64,000 bases of DNA. Source: Eledone cirrhosa (lineage: Eukaryota). Made by a program: the position numbers and the translations under genes. Position 1 is the first letter of the stretch. Every line of letters begins with the position of its first letter. Location: the NCBI GenBank assembly GCA_964016885.1, contig OZ024745.1, forward strand, positions 119,660,001-119,724,000, read 5' to 3'. The notes below the pieces were generated by a model. That model was not told the DNA's origin. It was given only the letters and a program-made list of their open reading frames with translations, and searched no databases. Below, in pieces: positions 30,385-44,362 of this stretch.

Positions 30385-30720
30385 ACACCAGATATAATGA
30401 TATGGGCCATCAAAAAGAAGGCATACACAATAGCGGAAGTCAGTTGCCCAGCAGATGCCGATATAATATTAAAGATTAGGGAAAAGGAGAATAACTATGC
30501 AGAACTAATGAGAAACCTCAGATGATCCACCCTGTCTATACCCTCAGATTTAAACCTGTGATTATTGGGCACTGGGATATGTTAGTAACTGCCCAAATAC
30601 AAATCTTGAGAAGCAGGGTTTCACAGAAACAGAAAGAATACGACTAGTTAGGAAATTACAAGAACAATCCATTAATGGAACAGTAAAAATATGTAAAACA
30701 CTCCAAAACTTCTGCATCTA
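30385..30720 (+). pseudogene. RLE-type (R4/NeSL-like) LINE 3' fragment
   Basis: PDIMIW...IAEVSCPAD...KENNYAEL...PVIIGALGY motif pattern. Confidence 0.65.
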
Positions 30721-30967
30721 ATAACTGCATATACACATGTACAGATACAAAGCATATACTCATCCACACATAAAACAACATCCATACCTGCATACACATG
30801 CATGCAGACATGTCTTCTTAGTTGATATTTAAATTCCAAAGAAAAAGTCTTGTAACTATGTTAGAAACCGAATATCTCTCTATTGGGAAAAATTCATAAA
30901 ATTATAAAACTAGAAAAACATACATCCATACATACAGACTTACGCACACATACATACATACATAGAA

Positions 30968-32200
30968 TAGGGGGAAGGCGTTATAAATGGGTTGTTTAAT
31001 ACCAAGTATGATAGAACAACCCTCAACTCCAGGAACGTGTTGTGCAAGTACTACTTTCATCCTTTTGCTCTCATCTTCAACCTACCGGTTTATATACAGA
31101 GAAAGCCCAATCACTCGGGCCATTTTTGCTACATTCACCCACCTTTCTGTAAATTTACTGGGGCGCAGTGCCTCTCTCTCCACTCTGATGTTCCTTCTAA
31201 AGTGTTACCTAAAGAAGGGAATGAGTTGTTGTCCGGAGAGAACGACATCTGCCCTCAGTCCTCTCAATCTCGTCCACCATATAATCTCTTTTACCACAGC
31301 TACTATACAGAGGAAAACCGCTTCTCTTTCGTGTTTGAAAATAGTTGGCGGTTTGATCCTTACTATGGACTTGGCAGTCAACTGGATTTGTCCAATACGT
31401 GACATCAGTTGTTCTGCGTAGCTCCACAGGTCGGTTACGCCCGGGAAGTGTACAATTGCGTGCAAGACGGTTTCAATGCCTGCAGGCATCTTGGACACGT
31501 CCTCTTGGAAGGGTCCCTGTCGGGGCGTCCGTGCCTGTATATCTTGACCCGAACTGGTAGAGCTCCTCAGTAGCACTGCCAGGCCAGGGACCTCTGGAAG
31601 TTGTCCATGGGTCCCGGGAAAAAGGTCCTACCGAACAGACTGGTGATCTCGTCGTCTTAGACGCTCATAGTCTCTCCAAGCACGTCGCCGCACTTGTAAC
31701 GTACTAACCCTCTATAGAATGTCTCCACTGATTGCTGTGCCCGCTTGAAAGAGGACTGTTAGTACCTGAGCGCATTCGATGTGCCAGGCGCCCATTTTCT
31801 TCGGCCTCCGCTTGACCCAGGACTGCAGCTCCGTCAGCGAGATAAGTTGCGGGAATGCCTGTCTCACAAACGGAGCCCACACCGGTTGTTCGGTGAGGAA
31901 TCACTGTGGCGGAAGAGGTGGAGATGCCGTAGCCTCAACGCGTGTTTGCGCATCATCAGCCACGGCATTCCCAGCCTCTCCATTGGAAGGGTGCTGTCAG
32001 AAGATGGATCTCCTCACCAGTGTAGCCTGCTTCTTCCAAAGGAACTGGAAGAGCATGCATTCCATCTTGGTGAGGTATTCGCGGGGACAAGGCACGACGG
32101 TCAAGTGGTAGTAGATGACGGACGCTATGAAAGTGTTCGCCACCTCCGCTCGACCTTTCAAGGATAGTTTGCACTCTGCCCAGTTCTCGGTAGTTAGATA
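30968..32200 (-). pseudogene. Tx1/L1-clade LINE ORF2 C-terminal fragment
   Basis: LSLKGRAEVANTFIAS..LFQFLWKK; zinc-finger remnant ETVLHAIVH; AVVKEIIWWTR. Confidence 0.75.
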
Positions 32201-32344
32201 GATATCTTTCTTTATTTGCCACAGGGGCGTACAAAAATGGGACATTACAAGACGTGACGGCGGGGGTTTTACATAAAAATCATATAACTTTAACGTTAAT
32301 AAATAACAATAAACTTTATATAATAAAATAACAATTGAAATCCC

Positions 32345-32912
32345 CAATAGGGGGGAAAGTTATTGCAGGGTTGTTTTACACCCCGTGGATAGAACAACCC
32401 TCAACACCAGGAACATGTTTTGTAGGTGTTCCTGTCTTCCCTCTGTTTATCTTCCTCAACCTACAGATTTATATACAGAGAAGTCCCATTCAGTCAGGCC
32501 ATTTTCGACACATTCACCCACCTTTCGGCGAACTTACTGGGGTGTAGCACCTCTCTCTCCACTCTCACCTTCTTTCTGAAGAGGTACTTAAAGAATGGTA
32601 TAAGTTGTTGTCCGGAGAGAAAGGTGTTTGCCCTCAGTCCTTTTAACCTCCTCCACCATATTACCTCTTTCACCATAGACACCAGGCAGAGGAAAACCGC
32701 CTCTCCTTCATTCTTAAATGAAGGCGGCGGGGTGATCCTCACGATAGACTCGGCTGACAATTAGATGCGTCCCACACGTGACAGTAGCTGTTCGACATAA
32801 TTCTACAGGCCGGTCACCCCTGGGCACTGAACAATTGCGTGCAGAACGGTTTCGATGTCCTGCTTGCATCTTGGACAGGTGCTTTTGCAGGATCTCTGCC
32901 AGGGCGCCCGTG
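32345..32912 (-). pseudogene. Second, diverged Tx1-like LINE 3' end
   Basis: Paralogous to 30968-31530; KEVIWWRRLKG...KVRVERE...FAERW. Confidence 0.75.
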
Positions 32913-32954
32913 ATAGTTAGACAGATAGCTAGATAGATAGATTCATAGATAGAT

Positions 32955-33016
<62 letters not shown>

Positions 33017-33022
<6 letters not shown>

Positions 33023-33251
33023 GTAAGGTTTGTTTTACAAAATGAAAAATAACCGAGGTGTCCTACACGAGTGAAAGTATAAAGAAAAAAAGATGAAATC
33101 GAAAATGCAACTGGTGTGAGAAAAACCACAGACCCTCCATCTCAACTCTACTTTTGAAAAGCAGAAGAACTGCGAAACCGGTAAAGGAACCAAATAAATA
33201 TATATATATATTTTTAAAAATAAGACTCCAGTTGCATTTTCGATTTCATCT

Positions 33252-33258
<7 letters not shown>
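33017..33258 (+). mobile_element. Hammerhead element family H (UUGAAAA core; ribozyme 33151-33186)
   Basis: CTT-TTGAAAA-GCAG-aagaa-CTGC-GAAA-CCGG-TA-AAG; copies at 19807-19995 and 54062-54205. Confidence 0.7.
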
Positions 33259-33319
<61 letters not shown>

Positions 33320-33397
33320 GTATATATGTATATATGAATAAAGTTAGTCCTTCATCAGTGATCTTCCAACCATCATTGGTATTTCAGCGCTTTAATA

Positions 33398-33479
<82 letters not shown>

Positions 33480-33508
33480 CATATATATATATATCTAACT
33501 ATATATAT

Positions 33509-33970
<462 letters not shown>

Positions 33971-34136
33971 ATTATTATTATATATATATATTCACTACCA
34001 GAAAGGGACACAGCAGTCAACCTGTTGTTGCTACCTAGATGAAAACTGCTATGAAATCCCACAATGAATTTTATACTTGAATTTTCAAATCTCAAATTTT
34101 AACTCTTCGTATTATTAATTTTTCTTAATATTAATC

Positions 34137-34183
34137 AACATTTGAAAAGATGGCTTTTGCAGACCTTCGAAACCGGTCATTTT
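34137..34183 (+). ncRNA. Hammerhead ribozyme with UUGAAAA core and GUC site
   Basis: AACAT-TTGAAAA-GAtGG...CCtTC-GAAA-CCGG-TC-ATTTT. Confidence 0.6.
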
Positions 34184-34283
34184 TTATACCCTTTATTATT
34201 TCCTTACCTTATAAAATTATGTTTTTTCACAAAAAAGTATTCTGTCTCTTATATATTCCATGTGCCATTACCAACCTCAATTT

Positions 34284-34327
<44 letters not shown>

Positions 34328-35683
34328 GAGAGAGAGAGAGACAGGGAGAGCAAAAGGGAGAGAAAGCGAACGAGAGAGAGAGAGGGAGAGAGAAAGGGAG
34401 AGAGACAGAGAGAAAAAAAGAGAGAGAAAGGGTTCGAAGGAGAGGGGGGGGGGGGGAGAATAGAGAAGTGGAGTGGATTGGTATTGTGTAGAGCGCAGGC
34501 ACTAAAAAATTCGTATAAAGAAACATACTGCGTGATCAGAGTGCAGTTCAACTTTGGCGGGTATCAAGCTTAATAGACACCGGATGAGGTAATAAGGGTT
34601 TTTTATGTATGTATATATGTATGTATGTATGTATATATATGTATATATATATATGTATATATATATGTACGTACGTATGTATGTATGTATGTATATATGT
34701 ATGTATATATGTATATATATATATATGTATATATATATGTACGTATGTATGTATGTATGTATGTATATATGTATGTATATATGTACGTATGTATGTATGC
34801 TTTCACCTTGTCAATGCTACTCCTTGTATATGTTTGTGTGAGTTAATTTGTGGGTCTGGTGTCTGCATAGAGATTAATGAGAAGACTAGAGACGAAGTGA
34901 CAGACTTGGAAGCGACTGTGGAGGGAGTGAAATAATAAGTTAGGTGAACAGTGAGGACAGAGTTTGGGGGATAAGGTTTCACAGAAGGTTTGTCTATGAA
35001 GCACATTATACATACATATATATATACACATTATATATATACACATTATATATATATATATATATATATGAAGTACATTATATATATATATATAGGGGGG
35101 GGGGGGGGGTAGCTCTAGGTTTCAGAAAGGGCTAATTAATCACACATTATATATGTATACATGTACTTACACCAGTGTATGTTTTTTAAGTTAGCGTATG
35201 TGAGAGGTGCAGGAATAATGATTCATGTCAGACAGAGAGAGTTTAGGTTGGGAAAGGGTGAAGGAATAACCAAGAGGGATAGGAAGAGAGGGAGAAAGGG
35301 AGTAAAAAATTGATAGAGATATATGGAGATGAGGAAAGGTGTAATGGTGGTGTGAAATTAGAAACGGATATATAAAAACTTAAAAGTCAGACACCAGCTA
35401 GACTTACTGACGTACACAGCAATTGTGAAATATATATAAACACATTAAGAATAAGAATAACATTATAAGTATAAGAAAGATAGGTAAATGTTGGAGATGA
35501 TTATATATTGGGAAAACGAGATTGTCAGTTTGTGTGTGTATGTGTCTGTGTGTGTAAGAGAGAGAGAGAGAGAGAGAGTGCGTGTGTGTATGAGAGAGAG
35601 AGAGTGAGTGTGTGTGAGAGAGAGAGAGTGTGTGTGTGAGAGAGAGAGAGAGTGTGTGCGCGCGTAAGAGAGAGAGAGAGAGA

Positions 35684-35756
<73 letters not shown>

Positions 35757-35887
35757 AGATTGAGCGAGAGAGATTTAAAGAAAAGAGGTTGAAAATCGAA
35801 AGCATTAGAAAACTATACAAGAGTACTTTGAAAAATATGAATTTAGTGTTGATAGAAAGGATGAAAGATAGATAGATAGATAGATAG

Positions 35888-35982
<95 letters not shown>

Positions 35983-36261
35983 GAGTAGATTGAAGAAAGA
36001 GGGGAAATGGGAGGGAGAATAAGATTTATACATTAAGAAGGTTGTGTAAATTTACAATGTCAACTATCTTACAAGAAACACATACAAGTCTTTACAGAAA
36101 GATGAATGGTTGTTTTACTTGCAAATAAATTTACTTAGAGTGCAATAGAATAGTGGATTGTTTATTAGCATATCTGCTAATAGATAATGAGTTCAAATCC
36201 AGTGGAAGGATCTTGTCACCTCAGTTTAATTGGGTGATGCTGATAATGATGATGATGATGA

Positions 36262-36349
36262 CGAAGAAGAAGAAGAAGAAGAAGAAGAAGAAGAAGAAGA
36301 AGAAGAAGAAGAAGAAGAAGAAGAAGAAGAAGAAGAAGAAGAAGAAGAA
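36262..36349. repeat. (GAA)n microsatellite
   Basis: Pure GAA run preceded by GAT repeats. Confidence 0.95.
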
Positions 36350-36429
36350 TGCGGAGCTGGTGGTGTGAAGAAAAGGGGTGCGTAACCCTATGTACGTCCT
36401 AACTTAGCAAAATCTCATTATATACTTTC

Positions 36430-36800
36430 TATCCATGATGACCTCGGAATGTTATGGTTTTATTGGACACCATTATCCAATGTGACCTTTCATGATTTGA
36501 AACAACTTTGTTTGAATAGAAGGTGGAATATTTGCTGTTTAAAGCAGCTCAAGCGACCAGTTGAAGGCTCCCTTGCAGGCAAGATTTTCATAACAGATAC
36601 AGTGCTGAGCAATGACTGAAACATTATACGATGAAAGAAATGGCACGATTCTTACAACAAACACCCCTGGGTGAGATACATATTTAATCATATTTCTTTT
36701 GTTTTGCATTTGCATTGATTTCTTATATTGGCACCATGTTGAAATCACCGATTCCAATGTTGGGTTGGTAAATATTTTATTTACATTATACATGGGTGAA
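36430..36800 (-). pseudogene. Possible hAT-like transposase remnant
   Basis: VIAQHCICYENLACK resembles the hAT HCxxHxxNLA motif; no other motif seen. Confidence 0.25.
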
Positions 36801-37437
36801 CAAGTGGGATCTGAAATCAGTGTAGACTATTTTATATGAATTTATATGAATTTCTAACATAAGTGCATGGCCACAAAATTCTTGTATGGGTTGAATCGTG
36901 TAGCTCGACTTCTGTACCGGAGAATGCTGCTAAGTCAGAAGCAGCGTGTGATATCATCTGAAACATTGAGTGAGACTGCCAATACTATTTATACAGATAT
37001 AAAGATTTATTTCAATATATGAAGTGAAAATTCTTAAGTAAAATAAAAGGAGGAGCGCGGGACCGCGTCCAGAATATATCTGTTTATCCCATTTGTAAAA
37101 TAAGTGGGATTACTTTGAATAAATAACGAATGAATATTACATAATTTATGTACTCAATTTTGCAACTCTTGATTGAGTATAAATAATTGTATTGCTTATT
37201 TTAAGATTCACTTCTAAATGTCAACACTTCCGGTTAGCACCCGTTATATTATAACATTTATTACATCGCTTATATAAACATTCATATATTTCCGTCGCTA
37301 ATTTTCTCCTAATGTAGTTTATATATAATATCTTTTTTTTAATGTATCATGGATTACTTTACTGATTACATAAGAGAGTGTAACGCAGAATTCGTTCAAT
37401 TTCTGTGCATTTTGTCAATCACCATTTCATTTGATGT

Positions 37438-37497
<60 letters not shown>

Positions 37498-38154
37498 CGT
37501 ATAATATCATTATGCACACTATACATACCAGCAAAAAAAAAAAACGCCTGAAGGGTGATTTTTCTACTAGTGTTCATAATAATTGTTAGGATTAAAACAT
37601 TTTGAAGGGAATTAGATATGTAAGTTAATTTACACCTTACAGCCAGCTATATTAACTAAGTCAGTAATAGAAAAATATATTCCAGAAAGGATTGGAATTA
37701 TGAATCACAACATTGGTAAATTTCTCATGATATTAGATATTTAAAATAGGGGAATTTGATTCAGTCTAGATACGAAAGCTTATGGTTTGATTTCACTGAC
37801 GGTGATTTTATTGCTTGCTTATTTAGTTTCTGCAACTTGTGAAATTTAATATTAATATTGATTTCTACTTCACTGGTTAAAAATACGTCATATCTAAGAA
37901 CATACGTCTTCTTATAAATTTTGTTTTTTCTCAAGAGAATTGGAGAAGAAAGTCAAACTTAATGGTTGCAACTGAGGAATAAAATATCATAGCAGTGGCG
38001 GGTCTGACATCGTTTACAATAATTACCTTCACTAAATTGATATGAAAACGGATTTCTAAAGTTAGCACAAGATCACAGATATTTTGAAATGTCACAGTCG
38101 ATTGAATGTTGCTAAATACTTATTTGATGCATTGATACTATATTTATATTATTG

Positions 38155-38228
38155 GATCGTCAAGTATGAAATTTGTAGAAATTTGTAGGAGAAAAACTAA
38201 TTTCTACAAATTTCATACTTCACGACCC
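38155..38228. repeat. Short hairpin repeat, second copy at 49633-49703
   Basis: CGTCAAGTATGAAATTTGTAGAAATT...AATTTCTACAAATTTCATACTTCACG. Confidence 0.7.
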
Positions 38229-38398
38229 AATATATTTACGATAATAATAACATTGCTGTACCAGAAATCCAAATTGCAGCGTAAGACCATGTCATCAGCT
38301 TCTGGTATATGTATACGCAACATTGAATATATATATATATATCTATATATATATATATATATATATTTAATTATGTAATAAACAACACAATATATGTA

Positions 38399-38471
38399 TT
38401 CCATTACCCAAGGTTTCACGAATTCAGACGATTTTGTAACAGAGGCGTCTGAAGTCGTTTATCAGATAGAA
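38399..38471 (-). ncRNA. Hammerhead ribozyme family G (G8-to-A copy)
   Basis: TTCTAT-CTGATAA-(TTCAGACG..CGTCTGAA)-GAAA-CCTTGGG-TA-ATGGAA. Confidence 0.6.
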
Positions 38472-38804
38472 ATCTTTAATTTGAATATAAAATATAAAAT
38501 TAAAATCTATAAATGAAAGTGAGGCTGAAATAAAATAACGTGAAAAAAAACCATGTACACGCACAAACAAAACGTAAAATAAAGGATAATACCTTAAAGT
38601 GATATATATTTATGTATATATATATATATCTTTACATATATAGGAAAAGAGCCAGGACCCACACGGCTGAGCTCCGACGAGCCTTTGATCCAGAGTCGGG
38701 CTAGATCGATACAGATCGAACATTGATTTGATCAATACAGAAATACGCATCACTACTCAATAACCATAATGAAGACATAACATATTTTCCTTTTTATTAT
38801 TATT

Positions 38805-39316
38805 CTTCTTCTTTGAGTCTCAGTCATTGATGTTATTTAACTGGAAAGTTTGTTGAAATGAATATCAAGCTGCTACCTACAGCTTCAGATATTCAGGACG
38901 TATCGGAGGGTTTTTGCTGCTCCCAGCAAGCATGCCTTTTGAAGTGTTCCAAAAAGCGGGGCTGGACTAATCTTTTTTAACCATACTTGGAAACTCTTTG
39001 AGATAGTACCTAGTGCGTCTATGACAATCGGGACGACCTTGACTTCATGGCAGTTCCAAATCCTTTTTAATTCCCACTTTAAGTCCTGGTATCGGTTAAT
39101 TTTCTTCGTCTCCTTTGCTTGCACTCTCGTGTCAAATGGGCAGGCTACATCTACAATCAGGCACGATCTTTTGTACTTGTCCAAAACCACCAGGTCAGGC
39201 CTATTGTATTCTAATTTCTTGTCCGTCTGTATCCTAAAATCCCATAGCACCTTCACCTGATCGTTTTCTATCACCGACTCTGGCTTATGCACATACCACT
39301 TCTCAGAATGTGGTAA

Positions 39317-39317
<1 letters not shown>
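38805..39317 (-). mobile_element. R4/Dong-like RLE LINE 3' fragment bounded by (TTA)n
   Basis: KWYVHKPESVIEND..VLWDFRIQTDKKLEYNRPDLVV...IVDVACPFD...KINRYQDL...VPIVIDALG. Confidence 0.85.
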
Positions 39318-39351
<34 letters not shown>

Positions 39352-39384
39352 AGTTGCATTTATCTTGCTTTATGTTCATACGAG

Positions 39385-39815
39385 TTATCACCAAGTCACC
39401 ACCTGTGACCTCAAGATACAACAAGGTCCGCCATGTTCAAGAAAGAACATACATACACACACATGCATCTTTAGGTGTTTAGACTTGTGATGTACTTATA
39501 TTGACAGAATCTTCCTTAGTATATGGGCAGTTCCCATTAGTACTATCTTTTGTATTTCTCCTATACGCGGGTTTCCTGGGATTTGCGATAAGTAATCATT
39601 AGACCCCTTAGGTATCATTCCCAGAGCGCCTGCAACCACTGGTATTGTTTTAGTTCTCAATTTCCACATTTTTCCAATTTCTATCTCCAGGTCCTTATAC
39701 TTGCGCAATTTTTCAAATGTTTTTATAGATACATTCTTGTCTATTGGAACGGACATATCAATTAGCAGGCATACCCTCTTTTTAAAGTCCTTCAGTATTA
39801 TATCAGGTCTATTTG
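39385..39815 (-). mobile_element. Second RLE LINE 3' fragment
   Basis: NRPDIILKD...LIDMSVP.D.NV..K..EKLRKYKDL...IPVVAGALG. Confidence 0.85.
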
Positions 39816-40454
39816 CATCTAAAACAGCGGCAGCAGTGGCAGCGACACTGTTGATGTTGCCGCCACTGCAGTGACCACTATCGCAACAAGAATGCCAACG
39901 CATTCACCACTGCCACCACCACTACCACCACCAACACCAACACCAGCAACAACAACAGGTCGCAGGAATTCTTGTTCCCGTAAGTTTGCGATTTTTGTAC
40001 CGTTTAAATGCGAACGTATTTAAACAAATTATATTTTTTTTTTTTCTAAGTACACCCCACTTCTCTTGACGTGGTCGAAATTAATTGTTATTTAGCCTTC
40101 ATGGGCGAAATTCCAATTTGAACTTTGCATCTATGGCGTCATTCAAAAAAATCTATCTCTCTGCCATGTATACACACAAAAATTACTCCTTCAGTGTATA
40201 CTTCTACAATAATAATCCAGCTGTCAGCGTCGAGTCTCGCTTTCGTTTTCGTCCTTTTCCTTTTCCGTTTTCCTTTCATCATCGCCACAGAGTAAATCTC
40301 AGGCGAAAACCATTCCGTTCTCTTCGTCATCAAGCAGCGGTCGAGAAGTGGATGATGCTGATGCATTTAACAACAATAGAGGTAGCAGCAGCGGCCACGG
40401 TATTGACAATAACACCTGTGGTGACAGTGGCGGCGTCAGCAGCAATCAGCACGT

Positions 40455-42880
40455 CTATATGGCCCGAGACCTTCCAAAGGTGTGCTGTGTGGGGTCGTCT
40501 TTAGGCGACATACGAACTCGGACCATACCCTACCCAGAGTGTGTCGTGGGAGACGCACCGTTTTCCTATAACCGGGGGTGCAACTCTCTGCGATGTATCT
40601 CCGGTTAATCCACCTCCTGACGGGCGACATCGAGGTCAACCCCGGGCCCATCTGCCCAGGGTGTGCCAAGACGATTCGCTGTGATTCGCACCATTCATCT
40701 GCACGGCTTGCCCACGCGATTTCCACAGGAAATGTAGCGGCTTCACACGAGTTCAACAGAAAAGTCATCAAAGCTTCGTCTGCAGTTTCTGTCGGGGAAA
40801 GCCGTCGTGCCAACGCTTAATCGCCAGTAAGTGATCAAAATCTCCGATGCCACCTATGCCAGCGAAAGATCCGCACAAACATCAAACCGATCAAATGTCA
40901 ATCATGCTCAAACAATGCGCATAGACAATGCACTGGTATTTCTCGATATGACACTTTCCCCATATGGCAATGCTCAACCTGTACAGTCATAACACCTTCA
41001 TCTCCCCAACCACCCATTGTACACCCATCTCAAGATCGGCAGAACTCAATAGCGCATAGCATGCCCCAAACAACCCACCAACATACTTTTACAACTCACC
41101 ACAACCAAGAACAGTCTGTGATACCAGCCCACTCACCACATAATTGTTTCTACTTTTGGCACAAGGCCAGCAATTACCCAGTGTATTACGGGTACTTTCT
41201 TTTATCGACCCCGTAAGGATGAAAGGAAAAGTTAACCTCGGCGGGATTTGAACTCAGAATAGCAAGGGCCGTTACTCTATGCGTCAAAGCATGGCGTCCG
41301 ACCCTCTACCGATACTGCCCACTCACCACATAATATCTTGTTAACACCAACAATGCCCCCCACTAACGATAATGTAATTTTAGCCCACAACACATCGAGC
41401 ATTACCATCCCACATGTACATAATACATCTGTTGTAAACTCATCCAACTCCACTCATGTCCCACAAATCGCTCCATCTATTAACACCGAATGTCCTACTT
41501 GTAAATGTCGCCTAGCTCACTCCAAAAAACCACTTATATGCAAAACTTGTCACCGCACATTCCATCTCAAGTGCGCACCTGAAACAAGATATGCATTAGA
41601 ACTGCTACGACAACACGACGATTGGACATACAGTACTTGCACTCAATGCCATCCCCCAACCACCCTAGATCAGACATCACCTACAACAGTACGTACACAA
41701 ATGCCAAGAACGACTGTATGTAAGCTCCAATTTTTACAATGGAATGCAGATTCCCTTCTATCCAAGATAATAGAATTAAAAGAGTTCATATTGAAACACA
41801 ATATAAACGTTGCAGCTATCCAAGAAACCAAATTAGGGCATGAAGATCCAACCCCTAAAATTGACGGCTATGACGAAATTCTCCAGGACCGGCAAGGCAT
41901 CGGTACATTACACCACCGTAGCCGTGGACTGATGATCTGGATCCGGCAGGGCATACAGTACTCGGTACCACCGCGTGTGAACGCAAGCCTCCTGGAACAA
42001 CAACGAATTGTCGTCCACCTAACCAGTAGACGTCAGTTTTCCGACACAAACGCCTACATCCCACCGCAAACATCTGGCTATGCCCAACAGCCGTCGAATA
42101 ACAACGTCTGGATCACAACCTATCAAACGAACTAGGAATTATCTACGGAGATCTCAATGCTCACCATTCGACGTGGGACCAGTTTGCAAACCTGATACCC
42201 GCGGTTCAGAAATCATCAACTGGCTTGAAGACAACTCCGAATCCATTCTAAATGATGGAACCCCGACGCGAGACGCGGGATACTAACAGGGAGCAGGACT
42301 AACTGCACCAGATCTTACAATAGTAGATCGAGACTCAACCAATTCTCATGGTATACTATGAATGATCTCGGCTCAGATCATCTTCCAATCGTTATCCCCT
42401 GGGGTGTCGATCTTCAAGTAGAACGACCACGACAGAAACCACAGAGAATCTATCAAAAAGCAGACTGGCCAAAATTCCGGGAATTTGTTGAAGAGGGAAT
42501 TAACAATGTCTCCGATGAAGCCTCCCCTCAAGTAAATTGGCAGCACTTGTCACACTCCTTAAAAAGGCAGAACCCGTGACAGTTTCCCTGAAGGCCATCC
42601 GTAAGAATCAATGCCCATGGAAGACAATGGAGCTAAAAAGTCTAATTAAAAAACGCAATTGTCTCAAGCAAGATCTTAAGAGCAATCGCAGAGAGTGGTT
42701 GGAGACCTCCCGCGTGGTGGTTAGAAAAACAGATGAGTGCAAGAGGGAGGCTTGGAGGAAACACCTACAGACGATATCCGAGACGAAAGATAGTAAAAGG
42801 GCCTGGTCAGTAGTTCGATCGTTGTCAGGAAAAGGCTGCGGAAACAACAGCAAGTCCATAATATACAAAGGGAAAACTGA
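40455..42880 (+). mobile_element. I/Ingi-group-like LINE 5' half: 2A-like peptide, PHD-like fingers, APE endonuclease; frameshifted, RT absent
   Basis: LLTGDIEVNPGP; CPTC...CKTC...FHLKC; LQWNADSL...AAIQETKL; LNDGTPTR; GSDHLPI. Confidence 0.8.
41141..41320 (-). mobile_element. tRNA-derived SINE inserted in the LINE
   Basis: 18-bp TSD GCCCACTCACCACATAAT at 41127-41144 and 41317-41334. Confidence 0.9.
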
Positions 42881-43218
42881 GAGAGGGCGCTTGCCCTGGT
42901 GGTTAGGGTGGCCGTGGTCTTTTGTGTGGTTTTCGCCACGATTAACCCTCGGAGGTTTCGCTCATTTCGGGGAATTTTTGTTGTTTGAATATTATTTTTG
43001 ATTTCTAGCCCGATTTTTATCTTGTTATAACCTGTTTACACGACCCAAACCCACTTTGTATCGTCCTGTACTGTACTGTGCCGTCTCTAATGTTTTTCTT
43101 CTGGAGGCCATCACGGCTTCATCTTCAAATTCTGGGTGGTCATACTACTTATGTTTTGGTAACGTGAGTAGCAATGGTTGAGGAATGTTATGGGCAAAGG
43201 TGATGATAATGATATTAA

Positions 43219-43472
43219 CCTATGTATGTGTGTATGACTGTAGATGTGTAAATGATACTCACCTATGTATGTGTGTGTATGACTGTAGATGTGTAAATGA
43301 TACTCACCTATGTATGTGTGTGTATGGCTGTAGATGTGTAAATGATACTCACCTATGTATGTGTGTGTATGGATGTATATGTGTAAATGATACTGACCTA
43401 TGTATGTGTGTGTATGGTTGTAGATGTGTAAATGATACTGACATATGTGTGTGTATGGCTGTAGATGTGTAG
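43219..43472. repeat. About 45-bp tandem minisatellite, 5-6 units
   Basis: CCTATGTATGTGTGTGTATGACTGTAGATGTGTAAATGATACTCA. Confidence 0.9.
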
Positions 43473-43609
43473 ATTTGGATGCTTGTAGTTATAAGCGTGA
43501 TATTATGTGTATAGGTTTTCTCTTAATGCGACAATAACTATTTTTGTTATGTGAAAATATATCTCGAAATGATGGATTGTATCCTCGGGCTATGAAAATC
43601 CCCTTAACA

Positions 43610-43700
43610 TAATTATTTCTACTATTGGCAAAAGGCCAGCAATTATCCCAGTGCATTACTGGTACTTTGTTTTATCGACCCCATAAGGATGAAAGGCAAA
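43610..43700 (-). mobile_element. Truncated tRNA-derived SINE
   Basis: 3' half of the family. Confidence 0.8.
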
Positions 43701-44362
43701 ATGTCTTCAGGTACACCCCCCAAAAATATATATATATTTTCAACGTTTTAAAACAATGAAACGTTTGGAAAACGTTGAACTTGAACGCGACCATCGAGTA
43801 TCTAAGGAGGAAGTGAAGAACTCTTGCAATATAACATAAACATATGATTGCCTCATAAAAATGGAGAAGATATTGATGTGCTAACTTGAAAAGGAGCCAT
43901 AGGTTCTATTATTGAAACGGACTTAAACAATCCTTAAAGTTGTTATTCTGACGAACGAGAGATATTTTCAATATTTTCAAAAGATATCTGACCAAAGAAA
44001 AGTATTGTGTGATTTGAACTCAGGATTCAAAGAACCCATATGTTTCAGTAACAAACAATTAGGGTTTTATTTGCCACAGGATTAAGTTCAAGAAAAATAT
44101 AAATAACAGAATTTTAATTGAGATAGAAAAAACAGGAAAGTTGGCGGGTGTGTGGTAGTAAGCAGTGTATGAAGAACATTCCGAAATATGTATTATAATA
44201 TATAAAATTGAACACTGAAATTCAATATGACGAAGCATTATCTTAGAATATTAACGAACGTATATATACATATACATATATATACATATATAAATGTAAA
44301 TATATGTATATATATATGTACTGATACGTATATATATAAATGTATATATATATATATATATG

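Noticed and set aside
36153-36368. Poly-Lys ORF
   Set aside because: (GAA)n microsatellite
43219-43472. Regular repeats resembling a CRISPR array or Cys-rich repeat protein
   Set aside because: Head-to-tail units without unique spacers, eukaryotic context and no cas genes
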